Made by a program: the position numbers and the translations under genes
NCBI GenBank assembly: GCA_031556455.1
Contig: JAVBSX010000084.1
Span: 1 to 51,869, forward strand
DNA from: Thermoguttaceae bacterium
GTDB taxonomy: Bacteria; Planctomycetota; Planctomycetia; Pirellulales; Thermoguttaceae
Direction: 5' to 3'
Length of the DNA stretch: 51,869 bases
Notes under the pieces: model-generated
What the model was told of the DNA's origin: nothing
The model's database searches: none
What the model saw: only the letters and a program-made list of their open reading frames with translations
Shown: piece by piece, positions 15,001 through 19,609 of the stretch
Layout of the letters: every line of letters starts with the position of its first letter
Numbering within the stretch: position 1 is the stretch's first letter

Positions 15001-18000
15001 AACAGCACCCGCGACAGCATCGCCCCGCAGGTCCTGCAGGTCGGCGACAGCGTCTACGTCGTCTGGTCCAGCTACAACGGAACGAATTACGAGGTGTACT
15101 ACTCTTACGGGAGTTCCAAAGACCTTTCGAGTTTGAGGCAGAATATTCACCGCCTCAATGCCGGAACGATCGGTAACAACTCGGACAACCTGACCCCGCA
15201 GATTTCCGTCGACTCGAGCGGCAAGGTGTTCGTCGCCTGGTGCGTCAAAGACGCGACCGGGAATTCGAGCATCGTTTGCCTGGAACCGAGCGAATACAAC
15301 CTCGACAACAACGCTATCGCCTTACCGATTAAATACAACGGGGACGCGTATTCCGGGAAGGTGAGCCGGATGTTGCTCGACGGCCAAACGGTCGCCTGGA
15401 GCACTTCCGGTTCGGAAATTTACGTTTCCAGCATCCAAAACGGCAACCGCCAGACCGTGTTGGCCTCCAACGGCGGCACGAACCAGAACCTGCGGATCAA
15501 GAACGGGATCGCGGCCTGGGAATATCAAACCGGCAGCGGTTCGAGCATGATTCGCGAAATCGCGGTGTACAACGTCCAATACGGCAAACTGCTCTTCCTG
15601 GCCCAGGACGATGCCTACTTGACGGCCCCCGATGTCAACGACAAATGGGTCGTTTGGCAATCGGAAACCCGACTCGCCTCGGGCAACCGTTCGAGATACG
15701 AAATCTACTCCCTCAACCTCGAATCGGTTTTCGGGGCGCCCGACTCGGACAAGTGGAGTTCGTACCGGAACGGGACCGGCTTCCTTGACGCGTACACTCC
15801 GGAATATGCGGAATTCAACAGCACGGGTTTGACGACGGTTCAAGTCAACACCCGCGAGGATTTGAACAACCTGCTCTTCTCGGACCCGAGCGCGTCTCTC
15901 TCGGTTCAATTCGTCGATGAGACCTTGTTCCGCGAGTTCATGCAGAAAAAATCGCTCACGGAAACCAGTTATTCCTGGATCATGGCGGTTCCGCCCACGG
16001 AATTTTTGCCGGCGGCCCTTCCGAACAAGGAGAACCTCGACATCGTGATCAACGGCGTTACGGTTTCCGTGCCGACCGTCAAGGAAGTTCCGAATCCGGA
16101 TTATGATCCGGACGCGGAAGTGGACCCGAACGCGGAACCGGTCAGCGAAACCATCATGACCTGGCTCACCGATGAGGAACTGGTCGATGCGATCGTCAAG
16201 GCCGTAACCGATGCGAAAATCGCCGGAGAGTTGGAAGAGACGCTTGTTACCGCGGAAGTGAAAACCGAAGGGACACGGTTCGGTGTCGAGTTCAAGAACG
16301 CCAAGACCGCCGTTCCCCAAAACAGCGCTTTTAGCGTGATCACCTACATGTCGATCCCGACGACGGGCGATCTCTCCCGGGTTTTCCCACAAAAGGAAGA
16401 CCTGAAGATCACCGTCAACGGCACGGTGGTGACCGTTCCGACCGTGAAGGTCGATCCGAACGATCCGGAAGCGACCGTTTGGCTCAGCGACACGGAACTG
16501 GCCGATACGATCATCGCGGCCGTCAACGCTCTCAAAATCCCGGGAGGTTTGAATTCCTCCGTAACCGCGAAACGCTACACCGATTCCCTCGGCTACGTTT
16601 ACGTCGATTTCTCGAACGTGACGAGCGTCGTTCCCGATCACGCGGCCTTGTCCGTCGCCTCCGACCAGGAAGAGACCGAGGTTCCGGAAACCGAAAACTA
16701 CGGCAAGAACGTCAAGGAAGCGATCCTGTTGACCGATCTTACCAAATCGGTCAGTATCGCCCACGCGAACCTGGAAAGTCTGGTCTTCGCCGGTGCGGTC
16801 AACGCTCCGATCACGATCGCCGCCGGGGCGACCCCGGCCCTGCAGTTCGTGCAATTCAACGAGGATATCAACGCGACGGTTACGGCTAACCTTCCCGCTG
16901 CCAAGTCGTTGTTCTTCGGCGGGGACGTCAATGCCGCCGTCAACATCACCAGCCCGACGCTCAAGGATGTCGGATTCTTCGGAACCGTTGCCGCCGAGAT
17001 GAACTTCCGGGGCTCGACGTTGCACTCCCTGATCAACCTCGGAACGATCCGGGCTCCGATCACGGCCAACTGCCAGACGTTCGTCAATTACGGAACCGTT
17101 TACGACGGAAGCGTCTTCGCCGGTACCGGCGTCCAATCGATCATCGTCTTCGACATGATCGATTACACGATGATCGCCAAATTGCCGGAAGTCGTCAATC
17201 GTCCCGAGCTCCAGATGTTCCTGACCGATGTCGTGAAACCGTCGCTCGTCTCCTATTCCTCGTATTATGCCGATAACGTTGCTCCGCGACTGAACGGCAA
17301 CCAGGTCGTTTGGAGAGGCTCGGAAACGTTACGATCGGATTATTGGTACGCGTACCATGCCGACCTCGCCAATCCGATGACGTCGACGTCGATCGTTTCC
17401 GGCAACGGCTACTCCGCCTGGGCGCCGATCCTCTCCGAGAGTCGCGTCGTTTGGCGGGCCCAGGTCGGGACCAACTACTCGATCTTTACGGCGACGGCCA
17501 ACGCCCCGGTCGTCAAAGGAACCGTCAAGTTCCAGATCATCGGTGATACGATGGTTGAAGACGACGAATACTTTTACGTTGAAATCGTCGGAGCTTCGAT
17601 CATCGGGGAAAGCACCATCCCGGTCGATCCGAGCGATATCATCGGCGAAAAATCGAAGGGAATCGTTTGGATCCTTAACGACGACGGGCCGTTGGACTAC
17701 GGCGATCTGCCGGCAACCTATAGCACGTTGGTCAAGGACGACGGCGCCCGGCACATGGTCAACATGTATGACCCACTCGCTCTATTCGATCCGCGACGCA
17801 ACCCGAACACCTCGGTCAACGTCGATACCGAAAACGACGGCATCCCGAGTTCGGGAGCCGACGGAGACGATTTGAACACCATCATCGGTCGCAACGACGA
17901 GCAAGGGGTCTTCTTCGGCTATTATAACGAAGAGACGAAAAAATGGGTCGAAAGCCCTTGGGTCCCGGGCCAAAAGGTGACGATGCAGGTTTACGTGACC

Positions 18001-19434
18001 AAGGATTGTTACCTCAACGCCTTTGCCGATTGGAACCAGAACGGCGTCTTCGGGAAACGAAATCTGGCTCAAGGGACCGTAGCCTATGATTCGCAGGAGC
18101 GTTTGGAAAACCTGTTCGACGACAAGACGCGACTCGATTCCCAGGGCTACAAATTGACGGAAGGACTCAACACGGTCACCTTCACGGTTCCGCGAACCGC
18201 GAAGTCCGGAACGACCTATGCCCGATTCCGCGTCAGTTCGGCGGGCGGCCTTTCGTTCTTCGGGCAGGCCGCCGACGGCGAGGTCGAGGATTACAAGGTC
18301 AACGTCGCCCAGGGAAGCACGTCCTCTTCGCCGGTCAGTCTCGATAAGGCGACCGGAACGTTGACGATCACCGGTTCCGTCCTCCGGGACGAAATCGTGA
18401 TCCGACGGTTGGACCAGAACACCAATCGCCTGAACAAGCTCTCCGTGATGTACAACGGAACGTACTACACGTACAATCCCGAAGACGTCAAAACGATCAA
18501 TTACGACGGAATTTACGGTTCCGATATCGTGACGGTCTACGGTTTGGCTTCGGATGCGGAGCATGTCACGATGCGGCCTTTCAATACGGATTCCTCGAAA
18601 GAGGGAACGGTCATTGTCGGGACAGGATTGACGATCAATCTCAAGAATGCTCCAAACGTCGTTTTCGACGGCGGGGCGGCCGTGAGCGGTCAAACCAAAG
18701 CCTTGGATTCGGCTGATTTGTATGATTCCTCCGACAGCGACCGATTGACGATGCGACCGAACCAGACGACGATGTCCGGTTATTCCTACTCGAATACGAT
18801 CCTCAACGTGCAGAACGTTTTCGCTTATTCGGAAAACGGCGGTTACGACGAGGTTTGGATGTACGGGATGGGGGCCGCCAACAACACCCTGACGATGACG
18901 CCGGGTTCGGCGACGTTCAGCAACACCGGATACCAGGCCAAGGCGGAAGGCTTCCGTTCGATACACGCGTACAACGTCGCCGGAAGCAAAAACAACGTCA
19001 TGACCTTTGATGGGACGAAGGTGAGCAATATCGACCTGACCTTTACCCGCAGTACGAATCCGCTTTCGAACATTTTGGCCGGGACGTACGGTTCGATCTC
19101 GCGGCCGACGAGCATCGAGTTGATCGGATTCGATCAACAGACCGTTCGGGGCGACGTCGGTTCGCAGATCAACGTCTTCGGGACGATACAGAGCGAAAAA
19201 TTGCTCGGTCGAAAAGGTTCGGACGGTCTGTTCAACTCGCCGCCCCAGACGGTCGATAGTCTGCGGTTTTCGCAGATCAACCCGACTTCGGACGACGACT
19301 ACATGTTGGAACTCCTCGCCTTCGAGCATGTAACAGCCCGAAGCGTCGGCTCGACACCGAACAAGAAGGACGTCGCGACCGATTTGGCGATCCAGTTGGC
19401 CAACGGCCTCCTGTTCGAAGGAGAATGGATGTAA
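1..19434 (+). CDS. Giant secreted/cell-surface multidomain protein, 5'-partial (>6,452 aa): parallel beta-helix blocks, PPC-like domains, MAM/jelly-roll-like domain, 4 GEVED-type domains, SdrD-B/Cna-B-like domain, 2 Calx-beta-like domains, propeller-like blades
   Basis: Frame 1 is open from base 1 (no stop before the GTG at 76 used by the ORF track) to TAA 19432-19434, with G/C third-position bias throughout. Motifs read by eye: PbH1-like turns (IANSRFENN, LHNTFIDNT, RYTNNSINGMIV approx 2220-2560; INNIFAYNG, IVNNTFFGY, IMNNIFSN approx 10400-11000) closed by DPLFVNP..SPAIDAG..DIGAID (11330-11600). PPC-like DVDWY/EADVYKI signatures (approx 3050-3660 and 4190-4520). DYGDAP...GEVEDY units (12398-13015, 13043-13755, 13780-14304, 17691-18295). 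GTVYNDANGDG..YGEYVF (14335-14560). Calx-beta-like segments (14635-14820, 17510-17690). Confidence 0.9.
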   Translation, partial: TVGSSDQNIDRSGGSIQLLGNPRHKVLITSYADETVGRDTNPLQTKPDGGNWGGIVIRNDLDYEFINKYTASNSAKPREVLEKQGIFLNYINNADLRYGGGALSATDKLNYDPIHVVDARPTITFNTITYSANAAISASPRSFEETRFQNWDHTTPYTLDYTRIGLHVHGNTVVRNAINGLLVQVRTPVGQQIQKIDVAARFDDLDIVHVLSENLTLAGAPGGNTLVSATTEGLWYDQSTQRLSVEFDIRLDQRFEVDHPVLNSSNPMRPTDRDYFSLSDGETKVTFEYNIVDFESDKVSNIRRVATGHVAIDILSNDTPEEIARKTAAAINAVNANKEVWVNAAGVANPDPDAGKTANYPYARYLIGNPSDPTITPTQKLTPNQFKITATYTAGSNGMILKSTGIGLKTDGIQAATPDPAATATGLAYDPVARKINFDFQDTTDPVKPASGNYSFAPIRPVEGDYFSISDYSNIYGETKVFFEYNYIDYYKQDVTNQGRVAANRVAIDILTTDTAEQIAQKTADAINAVRTKIEVYETVNGKQYPRYLVGDLGLARNQFRITASLDTTTATFSSTVGREVLTGVLLQTAKDIDPSDTETATDLAVSGIQRVQPGNLPGMLKSRTNGTLNISPGIIVKSNNARIELEMGTQLLAEGTVEQPIIFTSLYDTRYGVGGIYKTASKGDGSAVGTVQPGNWAGIFQLPDSNLSIDHAVIAYAGGSSPIDGVTAKFNPIEIHEADARIANSRFENNMGSYAGDRTGRGATSPSVIYVLGSQPIILHNTFIDNTNNITDSASSLAVISINANSLTDEVVIDKGRSSGALDRNPAYDGNYGPLVRENRYTNNSINGMIVRGEVLTTASTWDDTDIAHVLFSEIIVPNFHSTGGLKLTSDAGNSLIVKLFGQNAGFTTSGTPLETDERIGGAMQVVGVPGYPVVFTSLRDDTVGAGFDLAGKVMYDTNNTYKYDSESKKWKETAPSAAPGDWRSIKFANYSNDRNVLVIKEYEKAGDLLDSNGTPATAQDLGYLAPDMKSGDDVRRLGFEVNGSIRSGGTDPTTFQLQPAEADVYKIHADSGTEMWIDIDWTGRSLDTIIEILDKDGNILASSDSSFYEGPDAYGRYINRVFDARGEEYDHGNTTSFARENNAFPMNKSMWARAQTGVSGAGRYTDADGLMWYYYNTADGIGYNDLYSTNVRDAGLRYVAEGPGDKDYYIRIRSVLSISWANSLTRASHGKTFYIQDADTKEKVTYELDFDSADSRISNTPNYIYIGLGSLKAGESYATRIAAAITELTANTNKSVSVAAKVTKTSLGDTNPTIVLDGVNLIFNPCESGLVLQENSSGAYQLQVRLQETDEIPGCSVAYADIRYGLQGIEVYGFPQHSPIMGEVQNRPNLDLPGGMGKGTYLGNLVQSDLGTISVGGYLSSLSDVDWYVFSMDPTGMQSHSGSTPNTFLWPAIFDIDYTDGLTRPDLSLWVFDSLGRLIYMGGDSNIADDRPGPNTDINIQKLGAGSVGSSDPFIGPALLGPTLGAEGSGLVDASGEPITLPDGSSVERAYFVAVTSKYAVPAILSTFLTKDFTANAATRVEPIDSIYRIAEEHVNGGQNTGNSDIDEGQQRLTLTPDEYHLGDVVCYISVEYPTTGRPGDPEGTSKVYMINPFTGEIILGGNTNKIHQTGYDMSMAPDGRLLASYNILDQFHVYAVDQSKYSNTFAYGGRVDGTMVDSELYPCWYKDGELVIEEVEDTITGFQLNALTSNPYLWLDIRSQSEESHDYAVENLSAYPFIGYSVAIGNMPWGDYPRYGYSVYPSNANVMYLLDPSGYAIDAMFSSRNEPKPVSGVVPFAIFYNGVDGPVDWDGNQLFANEFQNVGEIITGTTFSADGKRLFAGTNFGAIYEIKNWASRRYGHYYEPPGDGPEQKIYSTGGGATLDFLGYVFDDEGNILPISGLEMGPETVEGGIYKDLLFVTSQKTSYYSGDNVLFNSSASFSNTGDSKLVAVDPSKLDSGLVANIQRSGNNFVSGKIVSSWNITLPTSQNAVGHADLTVSQAFRNLENLIFQITSNGGTVNTINISTSTPVPNPNYNPYRPADPVYNAEYLSIPIAKTTDPSKPINPYTNFPYELLFSAKYNPNYSTEFPTDHFTNSLYIYAAAPNPRYNPAVAEHEVTNPRYLLQPTANPTYDPNQPDNEATNWPYLFANVPNPYFNPSAVEGPGNPRYLPNPQPNPGFDSSQPEDVYYNPKYYYAPLVNENYKNDEPADPTTNWPYFVTPSKNPDYNPSLPDNTQTNWPYLFTPDLNPYYNSGLPENYIYDRENPGTYNPKYITLPSSEPVLTWASDQQLAERIVAQARGFGLTTTAVKTGSHWRVVFEGVAEIGNETPRSTLDIQEPWEKANNPLAPIFVNGQKVLTLLKNDGLPADTAHNSVVSITFSKMDYNLWHRTGTDADLVGPTASRVRSITGFDTPPEQEDSMTHNGAGTSWYFGLEPDKSPNRNPYDDESTPNANLLTDDYFAWGATASGYTPAVLNAVEPRNLTGTDVNIGSYDMPGGTYGALTSSTFSLADYSAGDRPMLYYSYRFDAEGTQDFLNYGDDALMVYVSADGKNWKRISASNYDLFSDPSNNWEMTQPDNFVTLIQDNRWRQERIDLSEFAGQTNVRIKFVFSTAGGQIGLGKVNQAGTLLTSVSASQLFDSRNGVTQLPDGHYDHFPTQGNVTASTLSPNSSTSYFDYFNSSSAFVVRDGAKKIDGTSDNTRLNTYYTTAADALDSSVVYRYSQGYSLYVPIATGGQGQATLTDWIQVNDERIYFGDLVGNSTDSDEVKLLKLRLLNSEEFMNLLINAVNERVDGATAKRYTLHGGNASVSNPYYGQQIYFEGVTLLKTSQPTKYIVTGDSQDTTLDEIAAMSNDQLLAWLNANSQIGSNAIENAARYNNAVPVPIRGDMTAEQVAGSVAFMVNLTMNEDLKNYLRLNPNATIGSAWTSLDTYYNLDGNLVNLATDARGSYDPRELVELFKVESQTLERTMRLDVLRNSLNDDVKSASFTPSSMGSGTTAQMTLVGKAVVSYTQNGKTKSGGMAVQTTELQGANQSDRYNVVKDYSKATLYGVDPDGTVRRATDNAHGGVMIDNIIIGAAERGEMVSYVSYDNSTGAGTVKVETGAGAMMAGFLTLADAKLNGNSVIPVGQEAFTPYVTNRVPETTVQFGAYQLEIRRGAETVDYYPSWTNPTASYANLISTIHTNERMTDGITLVTPLASEIYHGQKFSLSDGVNKIDFCFLADHLPQAATGSAEKILFNQSDSVYAIASKIVAAINKAYAEKKFKVSASLFTNGTLIDLFDATDFKNGGLEAIPLDASGNSVALDSEEYNDWFLRNGEGGKPIKHIIYGPVHETRSSFDYNGKTDAYESYYAYLDPLTGNVVPIREEQYSGGSVLARFIDRSLDWNDPNYAHSAFGSDLANVSRLYIDTWNGSLRRGDTNTVREKGQLNIIGSSFMAIDGFGIYMLPVELTLEDTAPGKFFNQMAQPGGVINGNEPVIDAEGNARLGGSWVPGVAIINNIFAYNGLGQFNNELGGGIALLGLEGYVPFVRIVNNTFFGYAEERSGQIVNQQLGIGIAVGQNTTPTIMNNIFSNLMAGIMLFEIEDGDINTIGNWNSTMEPVVALANVFKNNGINQPTGIGDVEFDKYLSAKNWSLSFPSDLKAALPNGKPLILQVNGTTLTVETTQTVDEVTSTVDAATLAERVIAALNEADVPGTVSAQPKLNNGVVVGLTFYGALLVQCDNTNFATAPSAEDPLFVNPSIQKRNFYLVENSPAIDAGRESLKERESWYNRYVQNYGIPDSTIYAPTTDFYGQIRKSDTETDHSGGGGSHPFVDIGAIDRVDKVKPTASLLKPIDNDTNDRNPVDYDIFLVNAVLDQFIVQLNDLGIGIDDMTVADDRGNVYENVVTILEQGWDNVNQAFYVRKLVLGTDYFANYNAANDQIYLVPTKGRWNSNATYTIILDNDAMPQWELNFPSDLEAAFPNHEQLTIWIGGTALSVETTQMIDGVTSTVDADTLAQRVIDALAEANIPGTGSGVVSAEPKIVDGAVVGLTFAEAQFVQCDNFDFDITSTIGETSTTRNGIADRAGNSLEWNRANGQTYFTVVLGGYDYGDAPASYPTLNDNNPARHIVWNGFCLGKGVTVEPNGQPSNHLLDSNGKQTHGDQYDDGVSALDGGELVLTPGKTIEFTINVSAKNENFKPDADGYVGFVNAFFDWDDSGSWNDNGNDERMVWIDETGAERTDPLPVKPGANTVKIVVPSTYRENGTTKLLEEGEVFARFRLSSKAEEVNEKGEKIGTLGPGGLAADGEVEDYKFVLALHPRSYGDAPKGTFVNPYTEKNKTYTYPVSKAEGGAWHATDIKYGIDASGKAVRYDASVDPTTEKFRDQGGAVHFGVLAPLQRLDASYNATATANATDDGIDLNKGYGSLMFVDGETAHVEMTVTVPDALKAYMQANPSARIHIAGWFDLKGTGTWDANSISATQTLSLSDLSNAKLVPGTTDQYYVTVDVKIPKGTITAKGISFARFRIATSDNGISPIPGPGGPSETDTPKAIDGEVEDYMIYMMPYRTNYSDAEDPSTPLEDRAVHRIPVDDNGNPIYYYLGDKVNTGFDPRFPEVVSSSENDNDGVTIPTMNINGVDYAAFMATGTTTIIVNASTAGRLSFWIDTNGDGVYQEDERITDPKTGNPWFEVKAGPNEIPVTLDHPEIFGMLETGARFRFTDPTVDHNNLRATGETKNGEVEDYVVYVIGGHASISGTVYNDANGDGQHGWDEVGIGGATVYLLDQNMKTIDTKTTDVYGEYVFDGLYPSVYYVRMEPLAKPWVMTNPANGTSGKIQLGENQEYNYVDFGNFKPGTVSIGDAIISEGNSGYKTVEIPVYLTGSFGAATQITVKTSDGTAISGQDYLGGTATYTFDPQSTPSTTWNISTVSSGLGTDSGQYDSSVSGNTLAYASKIGSTWQIMIESLDDPSGVFTLTNSTRDSIAPQVLQVGDSVYVVWSSYNGTNYEVYYSYGSSKDLSSLRQNIHRLNAGTIGNNSDNLTPQISVDSSGKVFVAWCVKDATGNSSIVCLEPSEYNLDNNAIALPIKYNGDAYSGKVSRMLLDGQTVAWSTSGSEIYVSSIQNGNRQTVLASNGGTNQNLRIKNGIAAWEYQTGSGSSMIREIAVYNVQYGKLLFLAQDDAYLTAPDVNDKWVVWQSETRLASGNRSRYEIYSLNLESVFGAPDSDKWSSYRNGTGFLDAYTPEYAEFNSTGLTTVQVNTREDLNNLLFSDPSASLSVQFVDETLFREFMQKKSLTETSYSWIMAVPPTEFLPAALPNKENLDIVINGVTVSVPTVKEVPNPDYDPDAEVDPNAEPVSETIMTWLTDEELVDAIVKAVTDAKIAGELEETLVTAEVKTEGTRFGVEFKNAKTAVPQNSAFSVITYMSIPTTGDLSRVFPQKEDLKITVNGTVVTVPTVKVDPNDPEATVWLSDTELADTIIAAVNALKIPGGLNSSVTAKRYTDSLGYVYVDFSNVTSVVPDHAALSVASDQEETEVPETENYGKNVKEAILLTDLTKSVSIAHANLESLVFAGAVNAPITIAAGATPALQFVQFNEDINATVTANLPAAKSLFFGGDVNAAVNITSPTLKDVGFFGTVAAEMNFRGSTLHSLINLGTIRAPITANCQTFVNYGTVYDGSVFAGTGVQSIIVFDMIDYTMIAKLPEVVNRPELQMFLTDVVKPSLVSYSSYYADNVAPRLNGNQVVWRGSETLRSDYWYAYHADLANPMTSTSIVSGNGYSAWAPILSESRVVWRAQVGTNYSIFTATANAPVVKGTVKFQIIGDTMVEDDEYFYVEIVGASIIGESTIPVDPSDIIGEKSKGIVWILNDDGPLDYGDLPATYSTLVKDDGARHMVNMYDPLALFDPRRNPNTSVNVDTENDGIPSSGADGDDLNTIIGRNDEQGVFFGYYNEETKKWVESPWVPGQKVTMQVYVTKDCYLNAFADWNQNGVFGKRNLAQGTVAYDSQERLENLFDDKTRLDSQGYKLTEGLNTVTFTVPRTAKSGTTYARFRVSSAGGLSFFGQAADGEVEDYKVNVAQGSTSSSPVSLDKATGTLTITGSVLRDEIVIRRLDQNTNRLNKLSVMYNGTYYTYNPEDVKTINYDGIYGSDIVTVYGLASDAEHVTMRPFNTDSSKEGTVIVGTGLTINLKNAPNVVFDGGAAVSGQTKALDSADLYDSSDSDRLTMRPNQTTMSGYSYSNTILNVQNVFAYSENGGYDEVWMYGMGAANNTLTMTPGSATFSNTGYQAKAEGFRSIHAYNVAGSKNNVMTFDGTKVSNIDLTFTRSTNPLSNILAGTYGSISRPTSIELIGFDQQTVRGDVGSQINVFGTIQSEKLLGRKGSDGLFNSPPQTVDSLRFSQINPTSDDDYMLELLAFEHVTARSVGSTPNKKDVATDLAIQLANGLLFEGEWM
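685..1830 (+). repeat. Tandem duplication of a ~190-aa unit inside the giant ORF (unit 1 approx 685-1260, unit 2 approx 1261-1830)
   Basis: Both units run TGL(W/A)YD...DYFS(L/I)SD..GETKV(T/F)FEYN..VAIDIL(S/T)(N/T)DT(P/A)E(E/Q)IA(R/Q)KTA(A/D)AINAV..YP..RYL(I/V)G..NQF(K/R)ITA. Nucleotide similarity is visible, e.g. 821-1010 versus 1393-1590. Confidence 0.8.
6211..6960 (+). repeat. Degenerate Pro/Asn/Tyr-rich repeat region of the giant protein (10 NPxY tetrapeptides, 3 TNWPY(L/F) units)
   Basis: Translation contains NPNY (x2), NPRY (x3), NPTY, NPKY (x2), NPDY, NPYY plus NPYF. There are three copies of TNWPY(L/F)(F/V)..P..NP.Y(F/N/Y) at approx 6550, 6765 and 6835. Confidence 0.85.
11032..11304 (+). 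repeat. Internal repeat R1 of giant ORF (WSLSFPSDL...VQCDN)
   Basis: About 60% aa identity by eye to R2, with clear nucleotide similarity (ttcccgagcgatttg.., gtcgagacgacgcag.., acgagcacggtcgacgcc.., gtccagtgcga). Confidence 0.85.
11983..12266 (+). repeat. Internal repeat R2 of giant ORF (WELNFPSDL...VQCDN), 951 nt downstream of R1
   Basis: Same module as 11032-11304, four codons longer (95 versus 91 aa; extra residues around the GTGSGVVSA segment). Confidence 0.85.
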
Positions 19435-19442
19435 TACGACGC

Positions 19443-19517
19443 AAACAGCAGCCCGAAGCGTCGGCGCCGGGTTCATCCGATTGGAAAACCCGGCGCTGAC
19501 GCTTCGGGCTGCTGTTT
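19443..19517 (+). terminator. Near-perfect 31-bp-arm hairpin followed by a T-rich tract, 8 nt after the giant ORF stop; also a member of REP family F1
   Basis: Left arm aaacagcagcccgaagcgtcggcgccgggtt (19443-19473), loop catccgattggaa, right arm aacccggcgctgacgcttcgggctgctgttt (19487-19517). One G-T position in the stem, then ttttgttgtt. Confidence 0.55.
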
Positions 19518-19609
19518 TGTTGTTGATTCGATCGTGTCCTTGTTCCCTTCGGCATTCGTGTTAAAATGAAACGGATTTTTCCAATGAATTTTACACGTTT
19601 TCTCGAAGC

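Noticed and set aside
751-19476. Long minus-strand ORFs inside the giant gene (751-2343, 2419-3693, 3994-5742, 7492-8580, 8617-13524 at 1,635 aa, 13534-14739, 15322-17136, 17782-19476) and many short plus-strand off-frame ORFs.
   Set aside because: These are antisense or off-frame shadows of a G/C-third-position-biased gene. Their translations are Arg/Gly/Asp/Val-rich with no recognisable motifs, whereas frame +1 carries many recognisable domain signatures continuously.
19518-19609. TPP riboswitch upstream of thiC.
   Set aside because: No THI-box core sequences are visible and the leader is too short. This needs a covariance-model scan for certainty.
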